Both the position numbers and the translations under genes were made by a program. Under the pieces are notes generated by a model. That model worked only from the letters and a program-made list of their open reading frames with translations. It made no database searches and was not told where the DNA came from. Of a DNA stretch of 64,000 nt, positions 36,629 to 46,186 are shown piece by piece. This DNA is from a virus. The stretch is from the IMG/VR virus record IMGVR_UViG_3300047444_000617, positions 46,249-110,248 of that record; one strand, given 5' to 3'. The first letter of the stretch is position 1. Every line of letters begins with the position of its first letter.

Positions 36629-37795
36629 CTACTCCCCGTCGATGTCGAGGCCCTTCTCCTCGATCTCCGCCCGGGTCAGTTGGACGACCTTCTGTCCGGC
36701 CGGGATACGGCCACGGCCGCGTCGGCTGTAGTTGCCCTTCTCGTCGACCAGGAACGCGAAGGTCTTGGACTCGTCACGCGGACGGCCACGGCGACGACGT
36801 CCCGTGGGCTCCTCCTGCTCCTCCTCGTCCTTCTGCTGGGCCGCCAGGGCCTTGTAGCCCTCCCCCTTCGCCGGGTCCTCCCCGAGCGTATGAAGGGCCT
36901 TGCGCAGCAGTTCGGTCAGCGGTCGCTCGCGCACGTCGGCCTGGTTGATCACGGCGTTGCGCTCGTCCTCCAGGCGCAGGACGGTGTAGGCCGCCTCCAG
37001 AGCGGCGCGGACGAGCGGGAGGTCGATCTCCGTCTCGGAGGACGGGGTGGCATCCCGCTGGGCCTTCTGCGCGGCGCGGTTGACCTGCTGCTCCAGGTCC
37101 TCCTCGACCGGGTCCACCTCGGGCTCGGGCTTGCGGCTGCGACGGCTGCGCTTGGGGGCAGGCTCGTCCTTGGGCTCCTCCGGCTCGTCCTCGGTGAGCG
37201 GCTCCTCCTCCGGCTGGGCCTCCTCCGGCTCGGCCCGGCGGCCACGACGGCGACCGCGCTTGGGCTCCTCCGGCTCGGGCTCCGGCTCGGGCTCCGGCTC
37301 CTCGGCGGCCTCGGGCTCACCGAAGGAGATGTCGTCGAGCCCAGCGGTGAGGTCCTTGGCCTTGATACCCACCTGATCGGCGGCGTCCAGGAGGAGTTCG
37401 GCCTCCTCGCTACCGTCCTCGCCCCACAGCAGTACGAGGTACTTCTCCCCCTCGGCCGCCTCCAGCAGGTCGACGACCTTCGACGTGACGTTGCTGGCCG
37501 TGGCCGTGGAGTCGGCGGCCCGCAGGATCTTGTCGAGCGCCCGGGACTTCTCGCCGTCGGTGACCGCGACGAACGGCAGGTCCACGTACTCGGACCAGTT
37601 CAGCACGGCCTCCAGGCCGTCGGACAGGTGCGTCTTGGTGATCGGGAAGATCAGGTTGATCTCGCGGTCGGAGGGGGCGGGGTAGCCGTCGGCGTCCTCG
37701 TCGCCGAAGCCGAGCCAGTCGTTGAGCAGAGCCTTGATGTTGTCGAGGTCCACGTCGGCCGAACCGGCGAAGGCGAGGGTGATGGGCTTACTCAA
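36629..37795 (-). CDS. acidic protein with C-terminal AT-hook/Lsr2-like motifs
   Basis: alpha/beta N-domain, EP-rich linker, RRGRPR and RGRGRIP motifs. Confidence 0.6.
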   Translation of the reverse strand: MSKPITLAFAGSADVDLDNIKALLNDWLGFGDEDADGYPAPSDREINLIFPITKTHLSDGLEAVLNWSEYVDLPFVAVTDGEKSRALDKILRAADSTATASNVTSKVVDLLEAAEGEKYLVLLWGEDGSEEAELLLDAADQVGIKAKDLTAGLDDISFGEPEAAEEPEPEPEPEPEEPKRGRRRGRRAEPEEAQPEEEPLTEDEPEEPKDEPAPKRSRRSRKPEPEVDPVEEDLEQQVNRAAQKAQRDATPSSETEIDLPLVRAALEAAYTVLRLEDERNAVINQADVRERPLTELLRKALHTLGEDPAKGEGYKALAAQQKDEEEQEEPTGRRRRGRPRDESKTFAFLVDEKGNYSRRGRGRIPAGQKVVQLTRAEIEEKGLDIDGE

Positions 37796-37842
37796 GTGTG
37801 CTCCCGTGTGGTGTTGTTACCGCCTCTTCGGCGGCGATGAGT

Positions 37843-37871
37843 ACGTTACAGGTTACCGATTCTAAAAGCAA
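37843..37871 (-). promoter_or_regulatory. promoter TTGCTT-17-TAACGT
   Basis: AATCGGTAA in spacer; CTCATC downstream. Confidence 0.65.
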
Positions 37872-37914
37872 GAAACCCCCACTAAGAAAGCGAGGGTTTC
37901 AAGTCGTTTGACAA

Positions 37915-38202
37915 TCAGGGCAGGTCAGGCACCCTGCGCCCGGTTGCCGGATGCCTGCGCGGGATGCGCAGCGGGGGTGCTTCCACCACTCCTCCGCGCA
38001 CCGCCGTGTGCAGCAGGGCCACAGCACCGGCTGCCGCCACCGCCAGCAACCACCGCCCGGGAAGCCGTTGGGCCTCGTAGCCCAGGGCCACCACAGCGAG
38101 TGGCTGCAGCCAGGCGGGGAGGGAGAAGGGGAGCGTGACGGCCACCCACTCCCACGCGGTGAAGGTAGCCAGCGAGATCAGCAGCAGCCGGAACCAGTCC
38201 AT
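37915..38202 (-). CDS. membrane protein (lysis-associated?)
   Basis: hydrophobic segments, next to holin-like gene. Confidence 0.6.
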   Translation of the reverse strand: MDWFRLLLISLATFTAWEWVAVTLPFSLPAWLQPLAVVALGYEAQRLPGRWLLAVAAAGAVALLHTAVRGGVVEAPPLRIPRRHPATGRRVPDLP

Positions 38203-38205
38203 GGG

Positions 38206-38697
38206 TCAGACCGTGGCCGGGGCAGGCTGGGCGACGTCCACCGGCGGCTCGGGGGCAGGCTCGGGGGTGGGCTCCGTCGTCTCGTCGGGGACCGCGTCGG
38301 TGCTCAGCGGGAAGTTGTTCGACGGGCCGGACTCCTCAGCCTCCAGCGCCTGCTCGAAGTCCGAGGTCAGTTCCTCGACGGGACGGATATGAAGCGTCTT
38401 CGCCTCGCGCACCAGCGCGTTCTGCAGCCAGCCGAACCAGCCGTACTTCTTGAGCAGGGAGTGGTAGAAGACAGTGCCGGTCAGCCAGGCGAGGAACGCG
38501 GCTCCCAAGGCTGGTGCCCAGGTGTAGTTCTCCGGGTCGCCCTGGCGTACCGCCGCGAAGCCGGTAGCGGTGGCCAGGACGGCGTGCGCGAAGCCCTTGA
38601 TGGTCGGGCTGGTCGAGGGCCTGGTGAACACCGCCACGATGGCGGGCAGCACCAAGCCGAGGGTGAGGGCCGCCACGTCGGCGTAGTTAGTAGGCAT
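38206..38697 (-). CDS. holin-like membrane protein
   Basis: three TM segments, acidic tail; AAGGAAG RBS. Confidence 0.55.
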   Translation of the reverse strand: MPTNYADVAALTLGLVLPAIVAVFTRPSTSPTIKGFAHAVLATATGFAAVRQGDPENYTWAPALGAAFLAWLTGTVFYHSLLKKYGWFGWLQNALVREAKTLHIRPVEELTSDFEQALEAEESGPSNNFPLSTDAVPDETTEPTPEPAPEPPVDVAQPAPATV

Positions 38698-38763
38698 TTT
38701 CTTCCTTACGGATTGAGTGTTACGGGGTGGCACAAACCATTCAACCGGTTCTCGGAGTTGGGT

Positions 38764-41496
38764 TTAGAAACGGCGGATCGTTCGCAGCGTCGTCGCGTAC
38801 GTTCCGGTGCCGTTCAGCGTCGAGTTACCCCCGAGGTCGGACATCGTCGGACCGTTCGCGGTCTTCCGGCTGGAGATGAACCGGGGGTTGCCGCCGGAGT
38901 CCGTGCCGAGGTAGATGCCGGTGTGGTCCAACTGTCCGGACACGGCCTCTCCGCTGTCCGCGTCGAAGGACACGATGTCTCCGACCTGGAGGGCGGTCAG
39001 GCTCGGCGCTGAACTGGTGCCGGATGCTACGAGGATGCCAGGACCGGACGGACCGATGTCCCGGCTGCGTCGTGGGATGTTCAGTCCGTCGAAGGACTGG
39101 TCGAACGTCATGGGCAGGCCCAGGAACCGTCCGTAGACCGTGCGGACGAAGCCGGAGCAGTCCATGCATCCCGAGATCGTGATCGACCCGTGCGGGAAGT
39201 TCTGGGTCTCGCCGTCGGCATACGTCCAGGACAGGCCCAGGTAGTCGCTCCAGTCGGAGAATTCGATACGCGTGCCGTCTGTGGCGAGTGGACCGTACTG
39301 GGCCTGCCCGACTGCCCGCCCGTCCGATCCGGTGCCCGAAGCGGCTCCGGTGATGAACTTCATCGCGTATGCCAGGGCGTCGTCGGAGGTGTCCGTGGAC
39401 CAGGAGGCGATCTGCATGGCCAGGTCGGACGTCCAGGATCCGTCGAACGGTGCGTCCAGGGTCCGTACCCAGGTGCTGTGGGTGACGGACGGAGGGTGAG
39501 CCCACACGCCGGAGTCGAGGGCGACCTGCTCGACCAGGACGTGTATGGGCAGGGCGGTGTTGCCGGTGAACGGGAACCCCCGCAGGCCGATACGCCCGGT
39601 CGGGTAGGTGGCATCGGCGACGGAGAAGGTCCAGGTGCCCGGCTCGCTGGTGCCGTCCTTCCAGGCCCGGCACATGATGTTGCCGCCACTACGCGACGTG
39701 CGCATGTGCCACAACTGGTTCGCGGCGAAGCCGGTGCCCACCGTGGTCGTGGTGCCCAGCGTCGTCGTCGAGCCGCCGACGACCTTCTCCAGGGAGAACT
39801 GGATGTCTCCGGTCGTGGTGACGGTCAGCCGTGCTCGGTAGTGGTTGGAACTGTCCGTGTATCCGAACGTCATGCCCGCCGAAACCGACGCGCCGGTGGG
39901 CACCTTGTCGAAGGTCAGCGCAGCAGCGGCGGAGAAGTCAGAGATATCCCCGTCGTTGAGCGAGCAGTACCGTCCGACGTTCGCGGTGTCCAGCAGGATC
40001 ACGCCCTGAGATCCGTTCACCGAGAAGTTGGCGTTGGTGCCGGTCAAATTGAGCCAGGTCCCACCGGCCGGGGACATACCGAAGCCATTGGAGTAGGTGC
40101 GGTTGAAGTCGTCAACGAAGGTCCGCTTCTGCTCGGTGAAGGTCCTCGGCAGGCCGCGCATCGTCACCGTCTTGGATCCTACGGTGAGCGACGCCAACTG
40201 CCCGGAGGCGTCATTGACGACGAGCCGGTTGGGGTTGGCGAGCGACTGGTAGGTGAGGCCCTTGGCGAGGGTCACCTCCGGGAGCACGGCGTACTGCGGA
40301 GCGTTCGCGGTGATGCCCAGGGGGGTGTTCTCGTTGAGCAGGGTCTGGACGAGGAAACTGCGCTCGACGCGGTTCTCGTAGTAGTAGGAGCGGGTCAGGT
40401 TGGCGACGCCGTCGGTCTCCCACAGGTAGTCGTCGCCCTGGTTGCCATCGAAGTACTCGCGGACCGCTTGGCCTTCTTCCACGAGCACACCGTCGACCCA
40501 GAAGATGCTGGCCGTGCTGGGGGCCATCGTGCCGTGGATGACGCTCAGCCCGAGGTACACCTCCGACTGCGCAGCGGTGAAGACGACGGAGAGCGTGCGC
40601 CAGCGCTTGTTGGAGGCGTCCAGGGTGTCGGCCGCCTGGGTCCACTTCACGCTGCTGACCTGTGTCGTCTGGGTGCCGGACCATGGCGCGATGTCTCCGC
40701 AGCCGAGGGCGATGGCGACCTTGGCGCTCATGGTGTAGGTGCGCCCCGGGATCAGGCCGGACACTCGGAAGTTGCTGCCGGAGTCGGCCGGGGCGCCCGC
40801 AGGCACGGTGACCTTGAGGCTCTGGCTGCCCTTCCAGAAGAACGAGGTGTCCAGGTCCAGCGTGGCGGAGGCGACAGGGTAGTAGCCGGTGATACCCGAC
40901 TCCATGTTGGGGTTGTTCGCGTAGTTCAGACGGGTCGGCTTGACGATGGTCTGGATCTCGCGGGCGTTCTCGTAGGCGCTCGGGGCGGCGGCCGACAGCG
41001 GCAGCGGCTCGAACTGGATCGCGTCCAGGATCTGGTGCTGGTTGGCCGTCATCGACGCGAACTTGAACCCCACGGACGCGTACGCAGCACGCTTCCAGGC
41101 GTAGCCTCCTCCCGATACCGGGTAGTCGTTCGGCCCGGTGAATGCCGCGTACTGGCGCGCGTAGGAGCCCGCAGCGGCCGAGGTCAGCGCACCGCTGTTG
41201 ATGCCTGTCCAGGCCATGGCCGGGTCGACGCCCTGGTAGGGGTAGTGGGAGAAGTCCTTGAACGCCGAGGCCGGTGCGCTGACTCCAGCGTTGAGGTCTC
41301 CGCCGACGGTGAACTGCCCGGCCAGCGGGGTCAGCGGGCGCGGGCGCGGGATGCTGATGACCAGGGCGCCATCGACGGTGAACGCGCCGTCCATCGTCGG
41401 GCTGATCACCCGGAAGGTGCGGCCCGTGATCGTGCCGGTGATGCCCAGCGTCGGGGTGAAGTCGTCATCGTTGACGAACGTGACGTTGATCGTCAT
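38764..41496 (-). CDS. tail fibre/baseplate protein with CBM-like domain and C-terminal NlpC/P60 domain
   Basis: NPNMESG CBM-like start; MDCSGFV...GDIV.F...DHTGIYLG. Confidence 0.75.
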   Translation of the reverse strand: MTINVTFVNDDDFTPTLGITGTITGRTFRVISPTMDGAFTVDGALVISIPRPRPLTPLAGQFTVGGDLNAGVSAPASAFKDFSHYPYQGVDPAMAWTGINSGALTSAAAGSYARQYAAFTGPNDYPVSGGGYAWKRAAYASVGFKFASMTANQHQILDAIQFEPLPLSAAAPSAYENAREIQTIVKPTRLNYANNPNMESGITGYYPVASATLDLDTSFFWKGSQSLKVTVPAGAPADSGSNFRVSGLIPGRTYTMSAKVAIALGCGDIAPWSGTQTTQVSSVKWTQAADTLDASNKRWRTLSVVFTAAQSEVYLGLSVIHGTMAPSTASIFWVDGVLVEEGQAVREYFDGNQGDDYLWETDGVANLTRSYYYENRVERSFLVQTLLNENTPLGITANAPQYAVLPEVTLAKGLTYQSLANPNRLVVNDASGQLASLTVGSKTVTMRGLPRTFTEQKRTFVDDFNRTYSNGFGMSPAGGTWLNLTGTNANFSVNGSQGVILLDTANVGRYCSLNDGDISDFSAAAALTFDKVPTGASVSAGMTFGYTDSSNHYRARLTVTTTGDIQFSLEKVVGGSTTTLGTTTTVGTGFAANQLWHMRTSRSGGNIMCRAWKDGTSEPGTWTFSVADATYPTGRIGLRGFPFTGNTALPIHVLVEQVALDSGVWAHPPSVTHSTWVRTLDAPFDGSWTSDLAMQIASWSTDTSDDALAYAMKFITGAASGTGSDGRAVGQAQYGPLATDGTRIEFSDWSDYLGLSWTYADGETQNFPHGSITISGCMDCSGFVRTVYGRFLGLPMTFDQSFDGLNIPRRSRDIGPSGPGILVASGTSSAPSLTALQVGDIVSFDADSGEAVSGQLDHTGIYLGTDSGGNPRFISSRKTANGPTMSDLGGNSTLNGTGTYATTLRTIRRF

Positions 41497-43547
41497 CAGG
41501 TGACCGCCATTCCGACCTTGGTGGCGGTGCTGAGTGCCGAGTTGGTGATGGTGAGCACCTGTGTTCCGTTCCGAGAGATGGCGATGTTGCTGCCGGAGAA
41601 GGCGGCGGTGATCCGGTCACCGTCCTGGAAAGACTGCGAGTAGGTGTAGGTGCCGGTTACCGCGCCTGACTGGATCAGGTGCAGGGCTGTGCGCCCGGCC
41701 CGCCAGTAGTTGCTGGAGTCCTGCAGCCGGAAGGTGATGCCCTGCTTGAGGGTGTTACCGGGGTTGGTCAGGAACGTCGCCGACACCGTGCCGTCCGCGT
41801 GCCCGGGGATGGTGGCGATGGCTGCGGAGGCCCCGACCGGGTAGGCCGCGCCGCCCGAGTAGCCTCCCGAAGTCCACTGACCCACCGTCTCGGTCCAGGA
41901 CGCGGAGCCGAGGTCGGTGGTGCGCGTGGTCCAGTCGGACCAGTTCTCGCTGAAGGAGTCCAGGACGTTGTACGCGGGCAGGGCGTCGGAGTACAGGGCA
42001 GTGATCAGGGATCCGTGGGAGTCGTAGTACTCCACGAACGGATACACCGCGACCTGCTGCCCGGAGTAGGCCTGCGTGTAGCCGGACAGGCACATCTGGA
42101 CGCGCTCGTCGTAGCCCAGCGGCGTCCACTGGGCGTTTGCGGCGGTCGGAGAAGATGCTGCAGTTCCCCCGTAAGGCCCCTGCCCGTAGGAACCCTGCCC
42201 GAAGCCGACCGCGTCGATGACGGGAGGCAGTGCGTTCAGGCTGGCGGTGAGCGCCTGGTAGACCCGGCCGTGGTACAGCACCAGGTCACCGGGCTGGTAG
42301 TAGGTGTCAGCGTCCCACGCCTGATAGGCGTAGGGCAGCGGGATGCCCCACAGCACCGGCTGCTGCGGATCCATGGACGACTGTCCGGAGAGCCTGGCCA
42401 CCGAGCGCACGGCCATCGTCGCCGTCGTCCCGCCGGAGTTGGTGTTGCGCACCCACAGGGCGTTGCCCGCCTTGTCGTCGGGGTCGGTCGGGTTCTGCAC
42501 ACCGATACCCACCAGGACGCCGCCGGTACCTGGAGTGACACCTGCGGTGAAGGAGATCTCCTCCCACCCCGCGATGTTCCCGTTGGCGTTCACCAAGGTG
42601 GTGTCGGTGCCGTAGACCACGGCGGACCAGTAGGCGTTTGCACTGGCGGTACCGCTCGGAGCCTGGGACTGCCCGTACGCGCCGCTGGAACCGGCCTGGT
42701 ACAGGTAGGACCCGAACTCCACGCGCTCTCCGGAGGCGTAGTTCACCCCGGCGTCCCACTGCGGGTAGGTGGGGTGGTCGAAGTCGGCCTGGTCGTCGGA
42801 GAGCATCAGGTTGCTGCCGGGCAGCAGCTCGACGTCGTAGCCGGTGGTCTCGGAGATGACGCTGCGGATCTGTTCCAGCGTTCCCCGCTGCCGTCCCAGC
42901 GTCGCGGCGTCGCGCACCCGCTGGCGGAACAGGTAGGCCGGTGCCGACGCCTCGTACTGGATCCCGAACTGGGTGGCCAGCTCGGCGATGTTGTCGAAGT
43001 GCGTGCGCATCGCGTCGTTGGTGTAGCGGTTCGAGTCGAAGTAGCTCTTCACGATGTCGAAGCCGAAGCCGAAGATCGACAGGAACGGAGCCAGGTCGGT
43101 GTTGATCGTGTTGGTGTCGTCGGTGAGGTTGTTCCCGGGCTTGGTGTTGACCTTGTAGTAGTCCGGGACAAGGGAGTACAGCAGCTCGCCGTACCCGTTG
43201 TTCTTCGGCATCAGGGTCGAGACGGTGCCCGCACGGCTCCACTGGCCGGAAGCACTGATGAAGATCGTGTAGTACAGCCAGTGCCCTCCGGCCACACCCT
43301 GGTCCACGAACGACGTCGCGGTGTAGTTCTGGTCGAGCAGGATCTCCCCGTCGTTCTCGTTGACCGCCCAGCCGTAGCGGTTGCGGATCAGCCTCAGGGT
43401 GTCCCATGAGCCAGCCGGGGACTTCCAATCCAGCAGCACGGTGGAGTAGTCCGCAGGCGTGGCTGTGAAAGGGCTGACGTCGAACTCGGGGCGGACGTCC
43501 GCGCCGTAGGTCGCCAGTCCGTAGATGGATGAGCCATAAGTTCCCAT
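41496..43547 (-). CDS. baseplate wedge/tail protein (gpI-like) with CBM5/12-like repeats
   Basis: LYSLVPDYY...RGTLEQI...TGY; WDAGVNY..GERV, WDADTYY.PGDLV.Y.GRVYQA. Confidence 0.7.
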   Translation of the reverse strand: MGTYGSSIYGLATYGADVRPEFDVSPFTATPADYSTVLLDWKSPAGSWDTLRLIRNRYGWAVNENDGEILLDQNYTATSFVDQGVAGGHWLYYTIFISASGQWSRAGTVSTLMPKNNGYGELLYSLVPDYYKVNTKPGNNLTDDTNTINTDLAPFLSIFGFGFDIVKSYFDSNRYTNDAMRTHFDNIAELATQFGIQYEASAPAYLFRQRVRDAATLGRQRGTLEQIRSVISETTGYDVELLPGSNLMLSDDQADFDHPTYPQWDAGVNYASGERVEFGSYLYQAGSSGAYGQSQAPSGTASANAYWSAVVYGTDTTLVNANGNIAGWEEISFTAGVTPGTGGVLVGIGVQNPTDPDDKAGNALWVRNTNSGGTTATMAVRSVARLSGQSSMDPQQPVLWGIPLPYAYQAWDADTYYQPGDLVLYHGRVYQALTASLNALPPVIDAVGFGQGSYGQGPYGGTAASSPTAANAQWTPLGYDERVQMCLSGYTQAYSGQQVAVYPFVEYYDSHGSLITALYSDALPAYNVLDSFSENWSDWTTRTTDLGSASWTETVGQWTSGGYSGGAAYPVGASAAIATIPGHADGTVSATFLTNPGNTLKQGITFRLQDSSNYWRAGRTALHLIQSGAVTGTYTYSQSFQDGDRITAAFSGSNIAISRNGTQVLTITNSALSTATKVGMAVT

Positions 43548-43560
43548 GTCAGTTCAGCCC

Positions 43561-44232
43561 TTAGAACGGCACGACGACGGGGGCACCGATCTGCTCCCGG
43601 ATCATGGATGCGCTCAGGTGCAGGGATTCCACTGACAGGGTCTTGTTCAGCAGTGGGTGGTAGATGCGCATGTCGATGGTCCTACCGGCGGACACCCATC
43701 CCTGCCAGCCGATGTGCATGTGGGAGTTGCCGTCCGAGATCGGTGGGAGGTCCTGCGTCATGACGTCCTGCCCGCTGATGTTGATGGACAGCATGCGGTC
43801 CGAGCCGGTGGCGTTGGAACCGGTGGCGTTGGTCCATATGCAGCGGCCGAAGACCACCCACCAGCCGGGGCGGTTGGTGGTGATGCTGTGCCCGTTGAAG
43901 AGACCCTCGGGGTCGCTGAGAGCACCCGGCGCGGGCCAGGAGATGGTCTTCATCGGCACGCCGACGGCGGCCTTGTAGGAGTCCGAGGACTTGGTCAGGT
44001 AGATCACAGGCATACCGGCGCCGCGCTGCATGGCGTCCAGTCGAGCAGACACCGAAGGCCAGGTGTTGGTATGCATCTTCAGGCTGGTGTCCCGGTGGGG
44101 GTTGAGTCCCAGGGTCTGCTGGATGGCCAGGACCTCGTCCTGCAGGTTGTTCACGTGGGAGGCGTCGATGTCCTCCACCAGGTTCTTGTGGATCGTGAAA
44201 CTCTTGTACTGCTTGGGGTAGACGGCGGCCAT
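43561..44232 (-). CDS. minor tail protein
   Basis: IDASHVNNLQDEVLAIQQTLG; position in baseplate operon. Confidence 0.65.
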   Translation of the reverse strand: MAAVYPKQYKSFTIHKNLVEDIDASHVNNLQDEVLAIQQTLGLNPHRDTSLKMHTNTWPSVSARLDAMQRGAGMPVIYLTKSSDSYKAAVGVPMKTISWPAPGALSDPEGLFNGHSITTNRPGWWVVFGRCIWTNATGSNATGSDRMLSINISGQDVMTQDLPPISDGNSHMHIGWQGWVSAGRTIDMRIYHPLLNKTLSVESLHLSASMIREQIGAPVVVPF

Positions 44233-45710
44233 CAGCCGATCCCTCCGGTCATGGTGATGTTGGTGATGTTTCCGACCTTCGGGATCTCCCAGGCGCGGAA
44301 TACGACGTCAGCGGTGCCGGTCTGCGCGGCGTCCGCGCGGGCGATCATGGGAATGTCGACGTAGCGCACTCCGTCCACAGCGAGCAGGGCCTTGTAGAAG
44401 TCGGACAGGGTCAACCGCATGCCGAAATCGACGTTGGAGAAGCCGAGCATGTTCTTCAGGGCCTGCTGCACGTCGTAGAGCACGGAGGCGCGCGAGTAGC
44501 GGGGCCAGCATTCGACTGTGACCGGGGTGGTGCTGTTGCCGATGTTCACGCCGACTACTGAAGGGCCTGCCACGGTGACGGTGACGCCTGCCAGTGCCTT
44601 GCCCTGGAGGGTCTGCAGCACGGCGGCCAGCACCGCGCTGCTGGGCTGACCACCATCGGATCCGATGACATACACCGTGACGGAGGTGTAGGTGGCAGCG
44701 ACCGCGTTCGCCCGCACGATGCCGGGTACGGTCAGCGCCAGGTCGGAGAAGTCGGCGAGGGTGACGCAGCGGTCCTGGGTGCGGAAGATGCGGGGTGCGT
44801 TCGAGCGGATCTGGTCGTTGGTCTCGGGGTCCGCTCCGCCGGTCATGGCCGAGGAGATCGCGCTGCCGTCGCTGTCCTGCGCCAGCGTGACGCCGGGCAG
44901 GTTCGCGCTGGCGATGGATGTGACGACGCCCGCGTTGACGTTGCCGATGGTGCCGCCACCCACGCGGTAGGTGGCGTAGATGGTCAGTTGGTTGGTGGGG
45001 ATGGCGCCGTTGAGGTTGTCGCCGAAGCGGATCCAGGTCGCGCCGGAGTCGTCGAGGTAGGTGGTGAAGACCCTGTCCTGGGGATCGGCGTCCACCAGGT
45101 AGGTGATGTACGTCCACTCGGTAAGGGTGTCGACGTCGTCCACGTAGACCTGAACCGTCCCGCTGATGACGGGTACGTCCGGCAGCCGGAACTCCTGCAC
45201 CGGCAGGCCGGTCGACGTACCGACGTTCACCTGGGTGCGTGTGACGCCCTGGGTGACCGACACCGTGGCGGTGCCTCCGTTGATGGGGACCAGGATGTCG
45301 GAATCGGTTTCGTAGGTGACGGGGCTGTCGATGGTGTCCAAGTACTCGGTGACCACCTGGGTGCCTGCGGGCACCAGTACGGCCGGGCCGGGGTTGGATG
45401 TCTGGAAGGTCACCGTGCCGGTGGCAGGCACCCCGTTGCTCGGGCTGTAGCCGAGCAGGTCGGCGATCTGCAGCAGTGACATGCGCTGCGTGGCGGTCGG
45501 AAGGAAGGACTCCTGCTGGAGGCGGTCACCGTAGTAGGACAGGTTGTCTCCGAGGTAGGAGAACAACTCCACCATGAGTACACCGAAGTCCCCCTCGGAG
45601 GAGGGCACCCATTGCGGGTAGGCGCGCGAGGCGAAGTCCAGCAAGGAGGACTTGAAGCCCTCGTAGTCGCGGCTGGTGTAGTCGATAGCCGGTGGCGTGG
45701 GGGTACTCAT
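44232..45710 (-). CDS. baseplate J/gp6-like wedge protein
   Basis: IDYTSRDY, GGADPET..IR, RCVTLADF. Confidence 0.9.
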   Translation of the reverse strand: MSTPTPPAIDYTSRDYEGFKSSLLDFASRAYPQWVPSSEGDFGVLMVELFSYLGDNLSYYGDRLQQESFLPTATQRMSLLQIADLLGYSPSNGVPATGTVTFQTSNPGPAVLVPAGTQVVTEYLDTIDSPVTYETDSDILVPINGGTATVSVTQGVTRTQVNVGTSTGLPVQEFRLPDVPVISGTVQVYVDDVDTLTEWTYITYLVDADPQDRVFTTYLDDSGATWIRFGDNLNGAIPTNQLTIYATYRVGGGTIGNVNAGVVTSIASANLPGVTLAQDSDGSAISSAMTGGADPETNDQIRSNAPRIFRTQDRCVTLADFSDLALTVPGIVRANAVAATYTSVTVYVIGSDGGQPSSAVLAAVLQTLQGKALAGVTVTVAGPSVVGVNIGNSTTPVTVECWPRYSRASVLYDVQQALKNMLGFSNVDFGMRLTLSDFYKALLAVDGVRYVDIPMIARADAAQTGTADVVFRAWEIPKVGNITNITMTGGIG

Positions 45711-46126
45711 CCGCTGATGACCTCGCTTACGGTGCCGCCCACGCTGACCACGGCGGTGTTGGTCTGCTGCGCGAGGCTGCTCGGGGAAGCCCCGGCCTCA
45801 CGGCGTATGTAGTCGACCTCGATTCGCGCGAGGGACATCTGCGAGGCGTCAGGAATAGGGGTTGCCTTCTGGAGTACAACGCCGGGCTCATAGGCGGTGA
45901 ATGCAGCGGTCACGGCACGGCTGATTTCCTGCGCGACAAAGGACGCGTCAGGGTCGAAAAGCAGATCCGCCACAGGCACCCCGTAGTTCGGGAGCATGAC
46001 TCTCTCCCCCGGCTGCGTGCCGACGAGAGCATTCACGTGCTGGGCGATCTGCCTGTCCGGATTCGTCTCGACGGCGATTGTCCCGTCGGGAGCTAGGCGA
46101 AAAGGAATGGCGATCTCGGTAGGCAT
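45707..46126 (-). CDS. baseplate GPW/gp25 protein
   Basis: TQPGERVMLPNYG...LLF...YEP. Confidence 0.9.
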   Translation of the reverse strand: MPTEIAIPFRLAPDGTIAVETNPDRQIAQHVNALVGTQPGERVMLPNYGVPVADLLFDPDASFVAQEISRAVTAAFTAYEPGVVLQKATPIPDASQMSLARIEVDYIRREAGASPSSLAQQTNTAVVSVGGTVSEVISG

Positions 46127-46186
46127 GCTTGCATTCTCCCAGGGCGGAAGAATTGCTTGTTAGCGCCTACCGAGACCGCCGGGAGA

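Noticed and set aside
37170-37305. Tandem GGCTC(C/G) repeats
   Set aside because: Simply encode the Glu-Pro low-complexity linker
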